Positions 60,577 through 64,000 of a stretch of 64,000 nucleotides of DNA are shown piece after piece. This DNA is from the human T2T-CHM13v2.0 reference genome, Homo sapiens, in the NCBI RefSeq assembly GCF_009914755.1, contig NC_060936.1; one strand, given 5' to 3'. The first letter of the stretch is position 1, and the number at the start of each line of letters is the position of its first letter. The notes beneath the pieces were generated by a model. That model made no database searches and was not told the DNA's origin. It saw nothing but the letters and a program-made list of their open reading frames with translations. The translations under genes and the position numbers were made by a program.

Positions 60577-62541
60577 ATAGACAGACAGAAAAAGAGAGGA
60601 GAGCAAGAATATGTTACTTTAAAGTTTGGTAAGACATATTTCTAAAACTTTCTGTACCTGTTTTTTTGTGAGAGGCTAATGATGGTAGATATGGAATAAT
60701 TTTTATATCCAATTTCATTTTTTAAAGATTTTGTATCATCATTTATATTTCAAATGTATCTCCTGACAACTCAGAAAGGATACTAAGGAAGCAAAAACTT
60801 TGATAGATACAGTATATATATGGTATATAGATATATATATATATCTGTATTACAGGTACTGAACTCATATTGTCTTGTATATGACATGCCCATTAACGTA
60901 ACACAGAAATAGCTTGTAAACAGAAGTCCTTTATTGTGTGGTATTGGTGGAGTGTAGGCGAGAATAGGAGAGAATTACCTATAAAGTGAATGTCAACTTT
61001 CATTTTATGTTGGTTCGTTTATTGTGGTACATTAACAAACATATAGATAGAATTATCAAAATAATATGATACACAATGTCTTCTACTAAATACTTAAATT
61101 TCAAATGAGACATCTTGTGCTCAATTATTCATTTTTTAATATGAACATTAAGAAGAGCTTAATTCTTCTTGGAGCCATAAAGACTAGGACCACTGTGCAA
61201 GTCATGTTTCTCACTATCATTCTTATTATCCTCAAGCCCACAAAAATTACTGCTTTATTTCCAGTTTACTAAAGCTGGCAATGTGCGTGAACAGTAGTAA
61301 ATTAGATGATTGCTTACAGATAGATGTAGGGAAACATGCTTTGCTCAAAAATTGGAAATGAGGAGAACTTCAAAGCAAGGCCACCCATTAGCCATCACAA
61401 TCAATTGCTGGGAAATTGTTAAGATCTTACTGTATTTAGCATGGTACATCTTAAAAACTAAATATCTCAAATAAATATAGCTAAAGCTTTAAAGCCCCTT
61501 GAAGTCTAAAACCCTAAACAATGTTTATCAAAGCATGTTCTAGGAATCATCTCCATCAACACACTTGAGTTAGTATTACAAATGCAGATTTCTTGGCCTG
61601 ACCTCAGATCCATGGAATCAGAAACGTTTGGTACTTGCCAAGAATCGCATTTTTAACAAGTTTTCATTTCCTTAACCGTTTCCTGTCAGTATTTTTACGC
61701 ACAGCAAAGCGTGAGAAATATTACTTGAAACATGTTTAATCACTTATCACCATCATCAACTAAAAGTAACGTGTCACATGCTTCATTAGAGACATTTTAG
61801 AAAACCATAATTTCTACTTTCAAAAAAACCCAATATTTTTAAACCATTTTTCACAAAAGAGATAAATGGGCACATTTTATAGAGATTTTGTATTTCATAA
61901 AATTTGCTTTATAGGCATATGTTGAGGTTATATAATTGATGTATACCTGAAGTCGCCTATGTGGAATAATTTTTATTTCTATTTTGAGTCTTAATCTTTT
62001 TGTACAAAGTTTATTAACAAATCATAAAGTATCATTTGTGTACATGTGTTTCATCATTTTATTTCATTTAAAGTACAGTTGTGTTTAATTTTTCTATAAA
62101 AGATATCAGCTAAATAATTTGTAATGTGTAGTCCATGAGCAATTAGAACACTAATAGAAGTTTTCACATAAATTTTAATGAATAAAGAAAAAATAAGAAG
62201 TTTACTTCAAATTTACTAAAAAATATTTGAGAGGGAAGCTAAAGGGAGCCTTCTAGAATTTGACTTACTGATAAAATATTTTACAAGGACAAATAATTAG
62301 GTTGGGTGAAGTGAGGTAGAAGGATTGAATTAAAATATTTCGATAAAGGGATAAGGTGATTGAAGTAATGAACATGAGAATTTCAAGGGTCATCTCAGAT
62401 TAAAGGAAAAAAATTAAATGATGCAGAGATGGCTTAGTTAAAAGAAAACATTGCTTGGTCTGCTGTATACATTCATTCAGTTATGCTGTTGACTTCTTTC
62501 TAAGTTCTCTAATTTATGATGTTTTATTCTTTTCCTCAAAG

Positions 62542-62674
62542 GGAATCTCTTAGTTATAACATTTGTTAGCTACTTTGGAGCCAAACTTCACAGGCCAAAA
62601 ATAATTGGAGCAGGGTGTGTAATCATGGGAGTTGGAACACTGCTCATTGCAATGCCTCAGTTCTTCATGGAGCA
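62542..62674 (+). CDS. SLCO1C1: SLCO1C1 exon: [44 protein letters not shown]
   Basis: caaag acceptor, GTAAGT donor; OATP motif SYFGxxxHRP; 133 nt; the gene continues beyond the window. Confidence 0.96.
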
Positions 62675-64000
62675 GTAAGTCTAAAGCAATCATCTTTTCC
62701 TTGCCTTTCCAAACAACTGCATTTCTCCCTTTTATGATGATTATTAATTATGCAAATTTAAGCTTAACCCATGATAACTTTGTCTTACTTTTATTACATT
62801 CTCTTTGGATAAAATTTCACAACAATTTTATAATTTTTCTTCTGACAATAAACTGTAAAAAATTGATAGATTACTGTATATTGATATCAACAAGATTAAA
62901 GAAAGATTTTACCTACATGTTTTGAGTCAAATGCTTTAATTTAGCTGTAGGGGCAAAATATATAATTGAAAATAAATTAACATGGTAAATGTCAAATAGG
63001 TAATTAATAAACACTGCAGACAATAAATTCTGGATTATGGAACACTGGCTGCTAGACAATTAACTCAGGGATATATTATCAACTCAAACAAGTATTCAAT
63101 GTCCATACAGTATCTCTTAGACCTTTATCAATGGAAGCAGGGTGTCTGTATCCTCTAACCCTAAAGTCTACTTTTGGTACTTTTGTTAATACATGCACAT
63201 GACTTTAGTAGTTCCAAAGATTTTTACCTATGTCATTTTTACCCTTATAGCAACCTGTGGGGTAGAAGAACATAGTTTATCTTTTTTACTTTAGAGCTAA
63301 GGACAGGATCCCATGACTTGAAAAGTTTGATGACTTTTGTAAATTTAGGTGTCTTGTAATTATGGAATCAGAACCTAAAACAGGTCAGCTGACTTCTCAG
63401 GCAGCAGTTTTCATACATATCCATGTCACTGCCCTTCTCTGTGTTTATCTATTGCTGATAAAAGAAATGACTACCAAAAGGTTTTGGAGTAAGAGAATAT
63501 TTTAGAAGATTATATTTCAAGTGATACTTTATTGTCCACTCTAGATCATTGTATCAGGACAGTTTAGAGCTGGAGAGACTTAGAAATGATCTAGTCTGAA
63601 CTTTTTCTTGAATTTCTAGACCACTTATGTAAGTACAGTCAGATTTTGACCTCCCTGGCCAATCTATCAAGGTAGGGCTCAGAATTCTCTGAGTGGGAGC
63701 TTTTCTGCCCATTTGGATGAATTCCCAGGACCCTAAATTTCTACTTGGAGAGAGTTCTGTGGTTTGGGCACTTCTGCCTGCTCTTTGGACAACATCCTTT
63801 CATAGGTCAGAAGTTTCCTTGATCATTGAGATTCTACAAAAATGTTATGTATGTTCAGCCTGTAGAAAGAATGGGAAGGAGAAGAATGAGAAAATGGGTC
63901 TCCAACCTGCCTACTCCCTGCTTGATCTTTAGTTGTGTTGCTGTTATCTGTTGATTCATTGAGCTTCCATGTGACAGTTTGCTCAGGGGGAAAAGCAGTT

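Overview
Human (primate) genomic DNA from the PDE3A-SLCO1C1 locus, recognised from the protein sequences. The + strand carries the last six coding exons of PDE3A (catalytic domain and C-terminus, stop at 36859-36861), a 25.8-kb retroelement-rich last intron and a long 3' UTR. After a short spacer come the promoter, non-coding exon 1 and first three coding exons of SLCO1C1 (OATP1C1, thyroid hormone transporter). The last intron holds a THE1B-in-THE1D nested MaLR provirus, a solo THE1 LTR, and an old antisense L1MA interrupted by a full-length L1PA2-type element, three Alus and a 3'-truncated U2 snRNA copy. I see no demonstrably new biological system. The strongest testable leads are: (1) a PDE3A exon junction that regenerates its own 5' splice site, making it a re-splicing candidate that would delete the catalytic Asp in frame; (2) a UAAUG stop-start uORF overlapping the SLCO1C1 start codon, which is also the frame a PDE3A-to-SLCO1C1 read-through transcript would enter; (3) an N-terminally truncated but otherwise open L1 ORF1; (4) DUX4-motif-bearing sense LTRs in the PDE3A last intron. 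Exon numbers, residue numbers and repeat subfamily names come from recalled knowledge, not from a database search.
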